The notes beneath the pieces are model-generated. The model did no database searches and was not told the DNA's origin. It was given only the letters and a program-made list of their open reading frames with translations. From Yuukianura sp. NJ FZ-2021 (taxonomy: Eukaryota): a stretch of 64,000 bases of DNA. Positions 50,635 to 64,000 of the stretch are shown here, piece by piece; within the stretch, counting starts at the first letter, position 1; each line of letters begins with the position of its first letter. Both the position numbers and the translations under genes were made by a program. Location of the stretch: positions 3,534,001 to 3,598,000 of the forward strand of contig CM102289.1 of assembly GCA_046563655.1 (NCBI GenBank), read 5' to 3'.

Positions 50635-52104
50635 TTAGAAAATTTCTTGATCGTCGGAAGAAACTTCTTCCAAAACGGGAATATCGTCTTGAGTGTCATC
50701 ACAATCAGAATTCTCCAGCACATCGAGATCGTTGTAAGGCATTTCCTCAACTACTTCGACTTCATCTTGTAAATCATCGACAAAAGATGCATCGACCACT
50801 TCGAGATCGGTGGAAGGAGAACTGTCAGAATCTTCTTCTTCGAGATCGTTGGTAGGAATGTCCTCCGCCAGTTCCATATCATCTGGAGTTCCAACATCAT
50901 CCATAAGAGATTCTTTGACAACTTCGACATCTACAGTCGGAATTTTTAAAGCACACGCAACGGCGGCATCGTCGGATGGAACTTGGGGTAAAATTGTCAT
51001 CGGGTCATCAAGTCCGACCACAACGAGAGATTCTTGATCTGTGACGGTTGATGACGAACCCTGTTCCGGTTTTCCTGTAGATTGGAAAACAGAAGCAGCA
51101 TTCGCCGAAATTCGAGTATCGTCATCTTCGATGCCATTTCGAAGTGACTCAATTGCAAACCTCAAAGACTTGATGTGCCGTTCACGATTGTCCACAGCCT
51201 CGACTAGCTTTTCCCGCAATTCCTACATAAAAGAATACGATTGCGATGAGTTTCACAATACGTGCTAGTACTAGTTATGATTCAGGACAAATTATTGCTG
51301 CGCAGTTAGGTTAATTTCGTTTCTCACGTTGTACTTTTTCAGTGTTTGGTACAGCTCCGTCCGTCTTTCTTCACATGCCTTTCGATCTGGTTTTCTTTGG
51401 ATCATATGATACAGAACTTCATACTCAATACTGTTCTTCCGGTGCCTAGTCTGCTCGGCAAGCAACTTCTTAGCCTCGTCAATGACATGCTGCGTCTGCT
51501 TACTTTCTTCCAGAATTGCTTTCTGGAGGGAATCGTAAAGGTTGAGGGAGTCAGTGTTCATTACAATTGCCGCATGCGTCCTCATAGCAGCGTATTCCAT
51601 CTGCTGGATCTGCAACATGAGTATGCGGAAAGTCTTTTCGCTAAAACGAATAAACACCATTGAATTATCCTTCTTCAACGTAGATTGTCTAAACTCATAA
51701 ATAACTACCGTATGACTTACTCTTCAGTCTTGTCAAAATCAGTGGAAGAGGAAAAGGAGAGAAACGATTTATTAAAAATTTGCACCCGACGATCATCTCC
51801 GCTTCCATCTCCGTCTGTTAACAACTTCCGGCGGATTAGTACCTCTGAAAGTAACAAATACACCAATTATATTATTTAATAAACAGAACAATGCCACGGG
51901 CGAGTAGAGTAGAGCTAATCCAAGTGCCGACAGTATACCATACCAAACACCATGTATAATGAATGATTAAGTTGATAATATGAGTAATCAGTTGATTTGC
52001 TTAAGGTCCTTCCTATAGTCGTTTAAGCACTTACCAATTGTTTCTTTCTCCTTGTCTTTAACATTGGTATTAAAGTCTTCCGGTTCCATTGTCCTTCTTT
52101 TCAT
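50635..52104 (-). CDS. THOC7: THO complex subunit 7-like with long acidic C-terminal extension
   Basis: EVLIRRKLLTDGDGSGDDRR, RHRKNSIEYEVL, PDRK, DNRERH motifs; start approximate. Confidence 0.8.
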
Positions 52105-52368
52105 ATGACGCACGAATTTTCGTACTCTTAAGCTTATGGAATATGAATGACGAATTTACGATTATTGATTACCTCGTCGCAATTACTATTTTCGAGTCGA
52201 GGTAACGCGGGCATGTAAAAGGAATGATAATCGGGGCGGCCTAAATATCGGAAAGCGGATTCCTCGGATCTTGTATTGGAAGTTTCAAGTTTTTCACTAC
52301 ATAAATTTTGAAATCAAATTTTCATCTCAAGAATCATTTTTATTTCAACTATACATAACTCATTTTGT

Positions 52369-55019
<2,651 letters not shown>

Positions 55020-55760
55020 TGTTGCTCGCCCTAAAATGATTTCTTCCTTTCAAGTTAAAAAATGTTGTAAACTGTATACTTTAGAAGTGTCAAGCAGTAT
55101 ACAGTTATGGTTCCACACGAAACGTGTTTAGAGCTTATGAAATACAGACAGTTTGGTCGTTGAGGATTTTATATCATCGAGGTCATACGAAATGGAAACT
55201 CAACCAAGCATTCATGAGTGCCAGCCAGCAATGCACAGGCAAAATCACACTGATTAGATTAAAAATGATAGGGACTACCGTCACCGTAAAATATAAAATA
55301 TACAAAAATGTGAAAACAAAATTAAACCAAATTAATTCAATTTTCTATCGAACCAAGGTCTTTTAAGCAATTTGTACACCTAACTAAAAACAAAAACAGA
55401 TTGTTGAATTTAGCAAACACATTTCTTGTCTGTTGTATTGAGTGTATTTTAATATCCGAAATGTTATTCTAACATGCATTATAATTTATTGTGGTGAATC
55501 TTATATTATTCACAATACAATATTCAATAAATTTTTTGTGTGAATTTGTGTAAGACGCCGTAACAGGAAAATATAACATCGAAAAGAAGATTGTTTAAAT
55601 TTTAACGCGGGAAGAGCAACTATAAACAAAAACAAGCCGGTTTATGTTTGTTTTGCTTTTAAATACCTCGCTAAAAATCGGATACGCGGACGTCCCACCT
55701 TCAGACCAATCAATTAATGTACTCAATTAGTAGTCAAGCTAGCTTACTCTCGAACAACGT

Positions 55761-58700
55761 ATGGCTGTGCTGGAATTAAAGCGAAGGCGACAAATGAATT
55801 CTTGGCTAATCAACGGATCAGTGCGTAAAGTACGCAGACTTGAACTACTAATTGTACAGAACCGGAAAAATCCGAGGATCAGACGTTTAGTGAGACCACG
55901 CTTTAGTTATAAATCTAAAGGCAAATTTTGTGGTGTTGTGGTGTGGAAATACTTTTGTGACTGTCCACTGTCATATTGAAAGTAATTAAAACTTGTAATT
56001 AAAAGTAATCATTAACCGGATTACTGCTGAGCTGACTCCAGACCATGACAGGAAGACAGGCAGCATCAACTCCGCTTGAAATGTGGAAACGTGTAGAAAC
56101 GTCTGCTTCCATTCCCGATAGTCTGCCTGTTGGGAAGGCGTGGAGGGAGCTGACCCCTACGGTTCGGCACAGAATAACTGGGCGACGTGATCGTATGAAA
56201 CCAGAACTGGCAAATCGGTTACCGTTTGAAGTTCTGCTCAGTTGTCCATTCGCATCTACAGGCTTCGTTGACCAGGAAATCTCGGCCTTTGCTAACATCG
56301 TAGATGACGATTGCGCAGGTTATTTCTTTGTTATGTGTTGTTTTTGAGTCTGATTAACTTAGTTAATTTAACTAGTAACAAACCAAATTGAATTCAGGAC
56401 ATGTTGTTTTCAGGAGATCTTCCTAACCCACCTGTAAAAGAAACATGGACTGGAAATGTTCGAGCGCCACTTCCTCCTGGCCTTAAAGGTCTGCCAGTTG
56501 AAGACATAACTTCTGAAAATGAGGTTCTGCGTGTCATCGTCATCAGAGTAACTACTGCTCAAGCCATAATGACCAGCCTCAAGAGGCTACAGGCTTGTCA
56601 AAGAAGGCGTAAAAAAAGAAGAATGCATGAAATGGAACAAGACCAAGTGATGGAGTTGAATGGTATAATGGTAACCAATACAGATTTACTTTTACAAAAT
56701 GTGCTCAACTACTTTGTTTAATAACGATTTCCTTAGAAAAGCCGACTTCGTCCACTATAACTATTACTGATGACAACAACGACTGCATTGCGATGGACGT
56801 GGACGAGGTTACAGATGCTGACTGCAATTCAGTTTCTGTCCATACTGAACAGAACTTGGGTTTGTCATCCCACCCCCACAGTTCGACACTTCAGCCACCA
56901 GTTTCTTTTCAACCTTGGAGTCCTTTCTCCTCGTTTTTCACACTTAATCCCAGTTGGTTCCAAAACAGCCGCTATTCACATGGAAGATTCAATGGAAAAT
57001 CTCTGCTGGGTCGAATACTAAAGGACAAAGACAATTCAATGAAAAACGCTGGTTCGATGGGATCCAAGTTACTACAGTCTGTTATTGTGGAGGTCGCTGT
57101 GCATACGAACCCTGGGACTGCCGATGGAACAAATCCGAATCTTCCAGTCACCCTCCAGGAACTCATTCGAACTCAAGCGTTAACTGAACTCCAATCCATT
57201 TTCCAGCTGATTTCCGAATTCCATGGCAAGATTCATAGCTTATCTGCCCTCGTCAAGACTACTACAATCAAGCACTTGCCACGGGCGAAGCTTGATAAAA
57301 CTCGAAAATTCCCAAGTGGTAGGAAGTCCGTCCAGCACAAACTCAGTAATGGAAATATACCCCACGGGGTTGTGGTGACTGTGATTTGTGACATTTGTTT
57401 GGCATCTTGTGCCTTTCAAATCCTAGGTTCAAGGCGAAATAGAAGGCAGTTCGCTAAGTTTTTCAAGCGTCTCCTTCTGTCTGGATGTAGGTCAACGTTG
57501 CACTTAAATCTTCTTCTTGAAGTACTCGATGTCGACGCGTGTTCGTGGTTGAACGGCATTCCGGATCCAAGTCTAAGACGGCATATTTTTGCCAAAGTGA
57601 TGTTCTGGCTTGTTTGCGACTACATTTTTAGCATACTCCAACTTGGCTACTATGTCACTCAAACGGAAGCGACTCGATTTCAACTCAACTTCTATTTGCA
57701 AGACACGTGGAGAAGTGTTTCTTCAATTGTGAAAACCCGTTACACTAAAGTTGGGTGGTTGAAGCCTGCAACTGGAACTGGGAATACAGCTTCAGCAAAT
57801 GTGCCGACTTCTAAATTCCGATTTTTGCCGAAGACGGACGACTTGAGGCCAATCATTGAAACACTACCAACGTCCAAGTAATTATTAATCTATATTTTAC
57901 AATATTTAACAATCAGCAACAATTTAAATCACTAATTCATCCTAAATCGATTTAAACGTACTTTTGTTTAGATCGTCCAAATACGACTTGAGCCAGTTTA
58001 ATCTACTGCTTCACTATCTCGCTATGGAAGTTGCTCCACATGCAACAGGATCTGGTTCGGATTTATATTTGAGAAATTCTTGGCGGAAATTCTGGACTGA
58101 GTTACAAGAAATGCCCGATATGGAACCGCAGATCTTCTACATTAAAATGGATATTCAAAATGCCTATCCCTCTGTTAACATGAAGAAACTTAAAGAAATA
58201 CTCCAAGAACTCGTGGGCAGAAAAAAATACTTTGTGAAGATGATGACTGACCACCGTGGATTCGTAAGATCTCATTTATCTTTTGCCTTAACTCCTCTCA
58301 TTGTTACTGTAACTTTTACCGCTTAATTAATTTCTGTTGACTAGAAACGGATCCCGATACTTTTTTCGAACGATGAAACTGACGAAACAGCTAAACTGGC
58401 AGATATGCACCGCAAATCCAAACTTTTCGAAGTGAAAAACGTCGTCGTAAGTTTTCTCACTTGATGGTGATCTAAATCCTTCTTGTCCGTGCGATACTTG
58501 TAAGTGGTAAATATGTGGTTGGAAATTATAATTTCGCGATTGTTTTGTACGTTTAGGCTAAGCCATTTCCCGCTGAGATTGTCTTGAAACAAATACTTGA
58601 CGTCATCACATCGAAAACTACGGTCAAAATTAATAGAAAATTCTACGACTTTTCACGTGGCCTTCCTCAGGTAGGGAATTATTCTCGTAAAAAATCATCA

Positions 58701-59908
58701 TAATAGGCTTTCAATTTCAAACGCTAAACATTTTGTGATTAGTAGTTTCATCTAATATGTATCGTTAAATATTTTATTGCGTTCCTAATCAATGTTTTTT
58801 GTTGCCGTATTTCAGGGTTCTCCGATCTCACCGATACTCTGTCGAATTTACTATGGTTATATGGAAAAGCTTTACTTGCCAGACTTCGGTGTCAAAGGAA
58901 CGCGCGGTGAAATGTTTTGTCGTTGTGCAGACGATTACATTTTTGTTTCGACGGATGTGGAGCGTGTGGAAGAGTTGTATGATCGCTTGAAAGGAGGAAT
59001 TCCTGAGTACAATTTTCAACTCAAAGTGAGTAAGATTGTCGGTAGCATTTTCGAGTCAGACACAGGCTCTAATTGGTTCACTTGCTGTGGCTGGAGATTC
59101 AATCTCATCAATGGACATGTCGTTAGAGATTTTGGATCATATGAAGGAATTGATCCGTGCTCTACTCTGTCATTCAAGATGCGAGACGTCTCAGCTGAGA
59201 AGTACGTTGAAATTACAAATAAGCAACTCAATTTGAACCGTCTTGAAAACGTTTTCACGCCGTTTTGTTTTGTTGCAGATTTATTGTTGACAGACTGATG
59301 TATCTGAAGAGTCTTAGACTTGGGCATGGAATGATGGATCCATGGCTCAACTGTAAATTACAAATTGCAAAGAGTCTCTTTGACGCAGCGTTGTTTGCGT
59401 CGTTTCGCTTTTTTGCCTGTTGCCGAGTTCTGTACCCCAGTATAACATGTTTGGAAGATGAACAAAGGGCTGCAATTCTCAGTGATGGAATTCAAACTTT
59501 TGCTAAAAGACTGTTCCAGTTAAGTCGTGTGAATCAGTAAATCAAAGGCGGAAGAAAATATTTGTCTGATTGTTTTTTTTTCTAAACAGATTTGTCAAAC
59601 ACTTCAGATTTCGCCCTTCCGAAGAACTCATTTGCAAATGTTACAAGGAATTTCCGAATCTACATCCAAGTGGATTGGGGCCATTTAAAAAATCCGAAAT
59701 TCGATACATCGTGATCAAAGCATTTTTGTTGAAAATGCGTCTCCAAGCGAACGCAAATTCAAAGCGATGTGCTTCCAAAGGACTTCAAAGGAGACTGGAA
59801 TATTTTGAAAATTCGCTCGAGACTTGGCTGAGCCGGCGGTTCTGGTTTCACTATCTCAGGACTTTGGTCGACAACGGAATCCCAGGGTACTTACTTGCAA
59901 TGAAATGA
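55761..59908 (+). CDS. TERT: Telomerase reverse transcriptase, multi-exon (start approximate)
   Basis: QFP-like ILGSRRN..F..WL; T motif YYVTQTE...NFY...W; motif 1-2 FRFLPKTDDLRPI; A KMDIQNAYPSV; B' GLPQ|GSPISPILC.IYY; C RCADDY; E WFTCCGWRFN. Confidence 0.9.
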
Positions 59909-60468
59909 TACTAGATAATACATAGAAGAGTGTATAATTTTTCAAGTTCGTAAATTGAAGTTTATGAATTAATTTATCGGGTAAGAATTAATTTTTTTAC
60001 ACCACAACTGAATCTATGTCATAACTTTTACGTAGCTCATTCAAACGGTGCTGAGCTTTCTTAGGCTACACATTTTTAAGCCTATATAAGTAGATCACAA
60101 TTTACAATTTCAAACGGCTAAGGAAAATTTGATGCTCAATTAAATGTAAATCAGACAACGGTGTTTTGCCTTGTTACAAAGTTTTCTGTGCAATTTTTTC
60201 GTCAGTGTTCAATGTCAGTTGTGTTCGGAATGCAACGTGATACCGTTACCGCCTAACGTTTTTTGTATATCATACAAAAAACTACATGACTACATGCAAG
60301 TAGCACTAATGAATAGGATATTATTGCTTTCCGGATCAACCATCCAACAGCATTTTGGTTTTCACTGGGTTTTTAGAGTTTGATTTTATTAACTAAACTG
60401 AACAGTTTGAATAGCATTGATTTGTTTCTGGAAAACAGATTTACGGAAAACATAATGTGCTGATTCTT

Positions 60469-61017
60469 TTATGAGCTGAGGTATTTGACTGGCGCTGTTG
60501 AAATAACATGCGGGGTGCATCCGCACATTAGGCCAGCACTTGCACTTGCGCATTGTTTCTCTGCTGCGTCATAAATGCGTATTTCGCACAAAAAGTAAGC
60601 TGGTAAAGCATGGCTTACAGAAGCATGCCATTTTCCATTGAATGGTGTATTTTTGAAAGCAGTAGGGCTGTAGTAGAAAGTCATGTCTTGATCTGGTAAG
60701 AATGTTTCCGTAGGGCCCCAATTGTTGTATACAAATGGGACTCTAGCTTTCCAGAACCAAAGTTTCGTAGTTGGATCTCTCATTCCTCCAAAAAATAGCC
60801 AGTCGTCAATCGTCGACAAAATTTTGTCTTTGACCAATTGATCTTCCTCGGCAGATTCTATTGACGCCAGCGCTCCGCCAAAGTCAGCGCAAAGTTCCGT
60901 AGCACGCGGTTCAACTTGTTTTCGAGTCATTAGCCGGAGACATTTGTTGGGCACGACGCTAGTCAACCAACCTTGTGGACATGAAGTTCCGTGTATGAGT
61001 TGGACTGTGCTAAATCC
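60469..61017 (-). CDS. C-type lectin domain protein (copy 1; 5' exon not resolved)
   Basis: CPQGW..KCL..A..LC...GGALASIESAEE..FFGG..WFW..YNNW..W..YFLCE. Confidence 0.88.
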   Translation of the reverse strand, partial: GFSTVQLIHGTSCPQGWLTSVVPNKCLRLMTRKQVEPRATELCADFGGALASIESAEEDQLVKDKILSTIDDWLFFGGMRDPTTKLWFWKARVPFVYNNWGPTETFLPDQDMTFYYSPTAFKNTPFNGKWHASVSHALPAYFLCEIRIYDAAEKQCASASAGLMCGCTPHVISTAPVKYLSS

Positions 61018-61883
61018 TGGAAAATATAATTCAATTGTTAAACTTAATGCTATAAATCAGTTCAGGAAATATACAAAATCAAAGCTAATAGCAAGGTTCG
61101 TAAACAAGAGAAATGTTTTTCCACACCAGGTTGTCCAATAACTCGAAGTTTTAAATTTTGTTTAAAAAATAGCAAAACTTACTACCAATGGTAATTTTTG
61201 TATGTAATGTTAAATGGAATTGGTGCTGAAAATTGTTTGGAGTCAGATTTCGGGAAAGAAACACGAGCTACTGGACAACCTGTTGTAGGAAATACAAATC
61301 TGTTGTCAAGGAACCTTGCTAATAGACTTAAATCTTAAGAATAGCATAACGAACATCTAGTATACAGTCGTGCTCAGTTTAAGCGTGAGCATAAATAATA
61401 TCTGCATACCCAACAGTATCACTAAATGAACTGAATTCATCGTCTTCGTAAATTCTTAAAAGTAGAGCTTGAACAAAAACGAGTGAAATATAATTTTGCA
61501 GAACATTAAGCACAATTACAGTAGACAGTGAAGGAACGTTTGAATTTATAACTATTGCAACATTCTGAATTAAAGCACACAGGCGTGTAGATCTATACGT
61601 TGAATTCATACTTGTGTTTTTAAACTCCAATTTTTTATTAAATGTGAATATTAATTAAATCTAATGCTAATTGTAAGTCCTGAAACCTCAACCCTCCTTT
61701 TACAAGTTCCCGGAATCCAAATCAATAATTGTGTTTGGGCATTGACGTCCTCATTAACTTCAATTAAAAGTAATTCCGTGCACTTTTTTTTCAGTAATAC
61801 GTTATATAACTTCAAACTTCTTCAAATGAAGACTCACGAAAACAAATTATTTAGTAAACATATGTGCATCATCTTCTTCGATC

Positions 61884-62420
61884 TTATGATGTGAGATATT
61901 TGCTCGCAGGAACTGAAATAGTCACCGTCGTAGGGCATCCGCATGTCGAACCGGAATTGAAACACTCTTTCTCGGCTACTGGAATCCGCAATTCGCATAT
62001 GTAGGGAAACGGTAATATACGGTCCTTTCCAGCATGCCATTTACCATACAAAGGTGTATTTCTATGTTCAGAATGACTATAATAATAAGTAAGGTCATTC
62101 GGAGACTCGAATGTTTCTGTAGCACTCCAGTGCTGATAGAAGAACGGTACTCCAGCTTTCCAGTACCAAATGTTTGTGTTTTTATCCTTAATTCCACCAA
62201 ATAACAAGTAAGTGTCAACCAATGGCACGAAATTTTGGACGACCAACTTGTCCTCCTCTGCAGACTCGATCGATGCAAGCGCCCCGCCAAAATCGGCGCA
62301 CAGCTCCGTAGCACGCGGCTCGTTTTGCCTTCTGGTCATTAGTCTCAGACATTTGTTGGGAACAGTGCTGCTCAACCAATTTTGTGGGCATACCGCACTT
62401 CCGTACTGAGCTGCCAACAC
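61884..62420 (-). CDS. C-type lectin domain protein (copy 2; tandem paralog)
   Basis: Near-identical N-half to copy 1 (VPNKCLRLMTR..EPRATELCADFGGALASIESAEED); PYICE. Confidence 0.88.
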   Translation of the reverse strand: MLAAQYGSAVCPQNWLSSTVPNKCLRLMTRRQNEPRATELCADFGGALASIESAEEDKLVVQNFVPLVDTYLLFGGIKDKNTNIWYWKAGVPFFYQHWSATETFESPNDLTYYYSHSEHRNTPLYGKWHAGKDRILPFPYICELRIPVAEKECFNSGSTCGCPTTVTISVPASKYLTS

Positions 62421-64000
62421 TAAAAAGTTAGCTTGATATTAACACAATTAATTGGTAACACATTAAAATAAGTACAAAATCTGAGTAAATATAAAAATCA
62501 TAAACTGCACACCTTGACCCAAAAAGCAACAGGGTTGCCCACTGTATTGCGATTTTGTCCAAGAAATGTTAAATTTTGCGAATACTTGAAACCTACTCTT
62601 CTCTATGGTACGAAGATTGAAATGTTTTGATTGAAATTCGTTATATACTATTTTATACAAACTCGAATTCAGTATACGCTCATTGGTGTTTTTAAATATC
62701 TATTTTAATTAAGTGCAAATTAAGTGCAATAGTTAATTACGTTGCAGAATTTGCGTAATTAAATTGCTCTCAATTCATTTAAATGCGTATACGACTCCAC
62801 AATTAAGTCAAATCTTTTGAAGTAAATTCACCGAATATTTTGTTTGTAGCTTTAAAACTGTTTCTTTCATGTTACGTTTATAAACTACGGATTACGGTAC
62901 GTAATAGTGGAATTGTTACTAGAACGATTAGGCAAGCATTGGACGGTCTAGAGGCATTACGCTTGAGGATTCTTAGTCTAGAAGTATTAGTCTAGAATAC
63001 TTTGTATCTTTTGCTTAATTCATTCATATAATAATCCAAATTTTGTTTATAAGTTGTTCAGCATGTGTATTAGTACTGTATAAAAATAATCGTACATGTA
63101 TTTTTGCCTGTAATGCGTTCATTACTTTTGAAATGGTATTGCATTCACAATTAATAATTAAAATAACTATAATTTTATAATTACTTTTAAAAATAATATT
63201 TTATTTATGATGCTGCTATAACTCTCACCGTTAGTTTCGATGGCAGAAATTGTAACTGTAAAAAATAGAAATAAAAAGATGGGCTTTGCTAGCAGCGGGA
63301 TTTGATTGGAGAAGAGCAAACGCATTATGGAGTCGAATTTTTTTCTCAAAAAACGTTCGAAATTTTTGGTTAAAGTTGAAATACCAAAGAAATCAAGAAC
63401 TGACCTAAGAGTTGAAGCTGGCATGATGTTATAACCGAAAGGAGATTAGTTTGGTTGTGTAATCTATTCAATTCGGGAGATGAAAACATTGAAATGATAA
63501 GTAAGAGAAAGATTGAGTGGCGTTTGATCCAATTTGATTTCTTCCTAAAATATGTAATCTTTCTATTGTTCTTTTAGAAGATTCCAACCATGACTCACAT
63601 AAAGTCACTTTTCTAAAGCTAAATAAATGAGGTGCACTATTTGTTTTAAACTATTTCGATTTTGAGTTGATAAACAAACATTGGTGGTTCCAAAATTGTA
63701 TCAATTTTCATTGAAATCCTTCTGCATTACTCATTTGCAAATACCCGCCTATCTCATGTCCCACTAGAAGCCAAGCTTTCAAAACATTTCAAATATTCTC
63801 GAGCAATTGAAGTCATTTCTAAATTCCAATTTTGATTTGGATACCATTTTGAAGAGTTTTTGGGAAATAAATTATTTGGAAGGTTATGGAAATACTGTCG
63901 ACTACTTTTTTAAATTATGAAAACATTCAATGTCGATTTGGCTGTGTAAAAATAAAAATTCCAATATCAGAACCATTTCAAAAACAGGTTACGTTTGGTT

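Noticed and set aside
56793..59298. RT motifs as a second retroelement (LINE or Penelope)
   Set aside because: T and QFP motifs, spliceosomal introns and absence of endonuclease or terminal repeats indicate host TERT
63167..64000. 85-aa ORF and coding-looking fragments at the window end
   Set aside because: Stops interrupt the frames I checked and no family is recognisable; cannot support a call

Overview
AT-rich, intron-containing eukaryotic DNA from an arthropod. The short introns, divergent gustatory/ionotropic-receptor-like genes and a fungal/bacterial-type gene are consistent with a springtail-like hexapod; this assignment is inference only. The standout is an apparently intact, very young Ty1/copia LTR retrotransposon (about 1-7395; the LTRs differ by one A indel). 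Its single 2088-aa ORF reads Gag, protease, a SECOND protease, integrase, RT, RNase H and then, with no stop or frameshift, a complete class I fusion-protein-like envelope (signal peptide, KR|hydrophobic fusion peptide, heptad repeat, Cys-rich ectodomain, TM anchor). It sits just downstream of the first exon of a duplicated secreted Cys-rich gene. The rest of the window holds two knottin-like Cys-rich secreted proteins, a complete EnSpm/CACTA-type DNA transposon, beta-hexosaminidase, a carotenoid oxygenase, a signal-peptide-bearing hydroxyacid-oxidase-like gene, a small 6-Cys peptide, a GH31 alpha-glucosidase, three GR-like genes and one IR-like gene, a CUB protein, a gene interrupted by a 9-bp-TSD MITE that could splice out in frame, a fungal/bacterial-type bestrophin, CRIP, THOC7, a carboxylesterase, an intron-rich TERT and two C-type lectins. 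Exon boundaries were read by eye and are approximate unless stated; no database searches were run.
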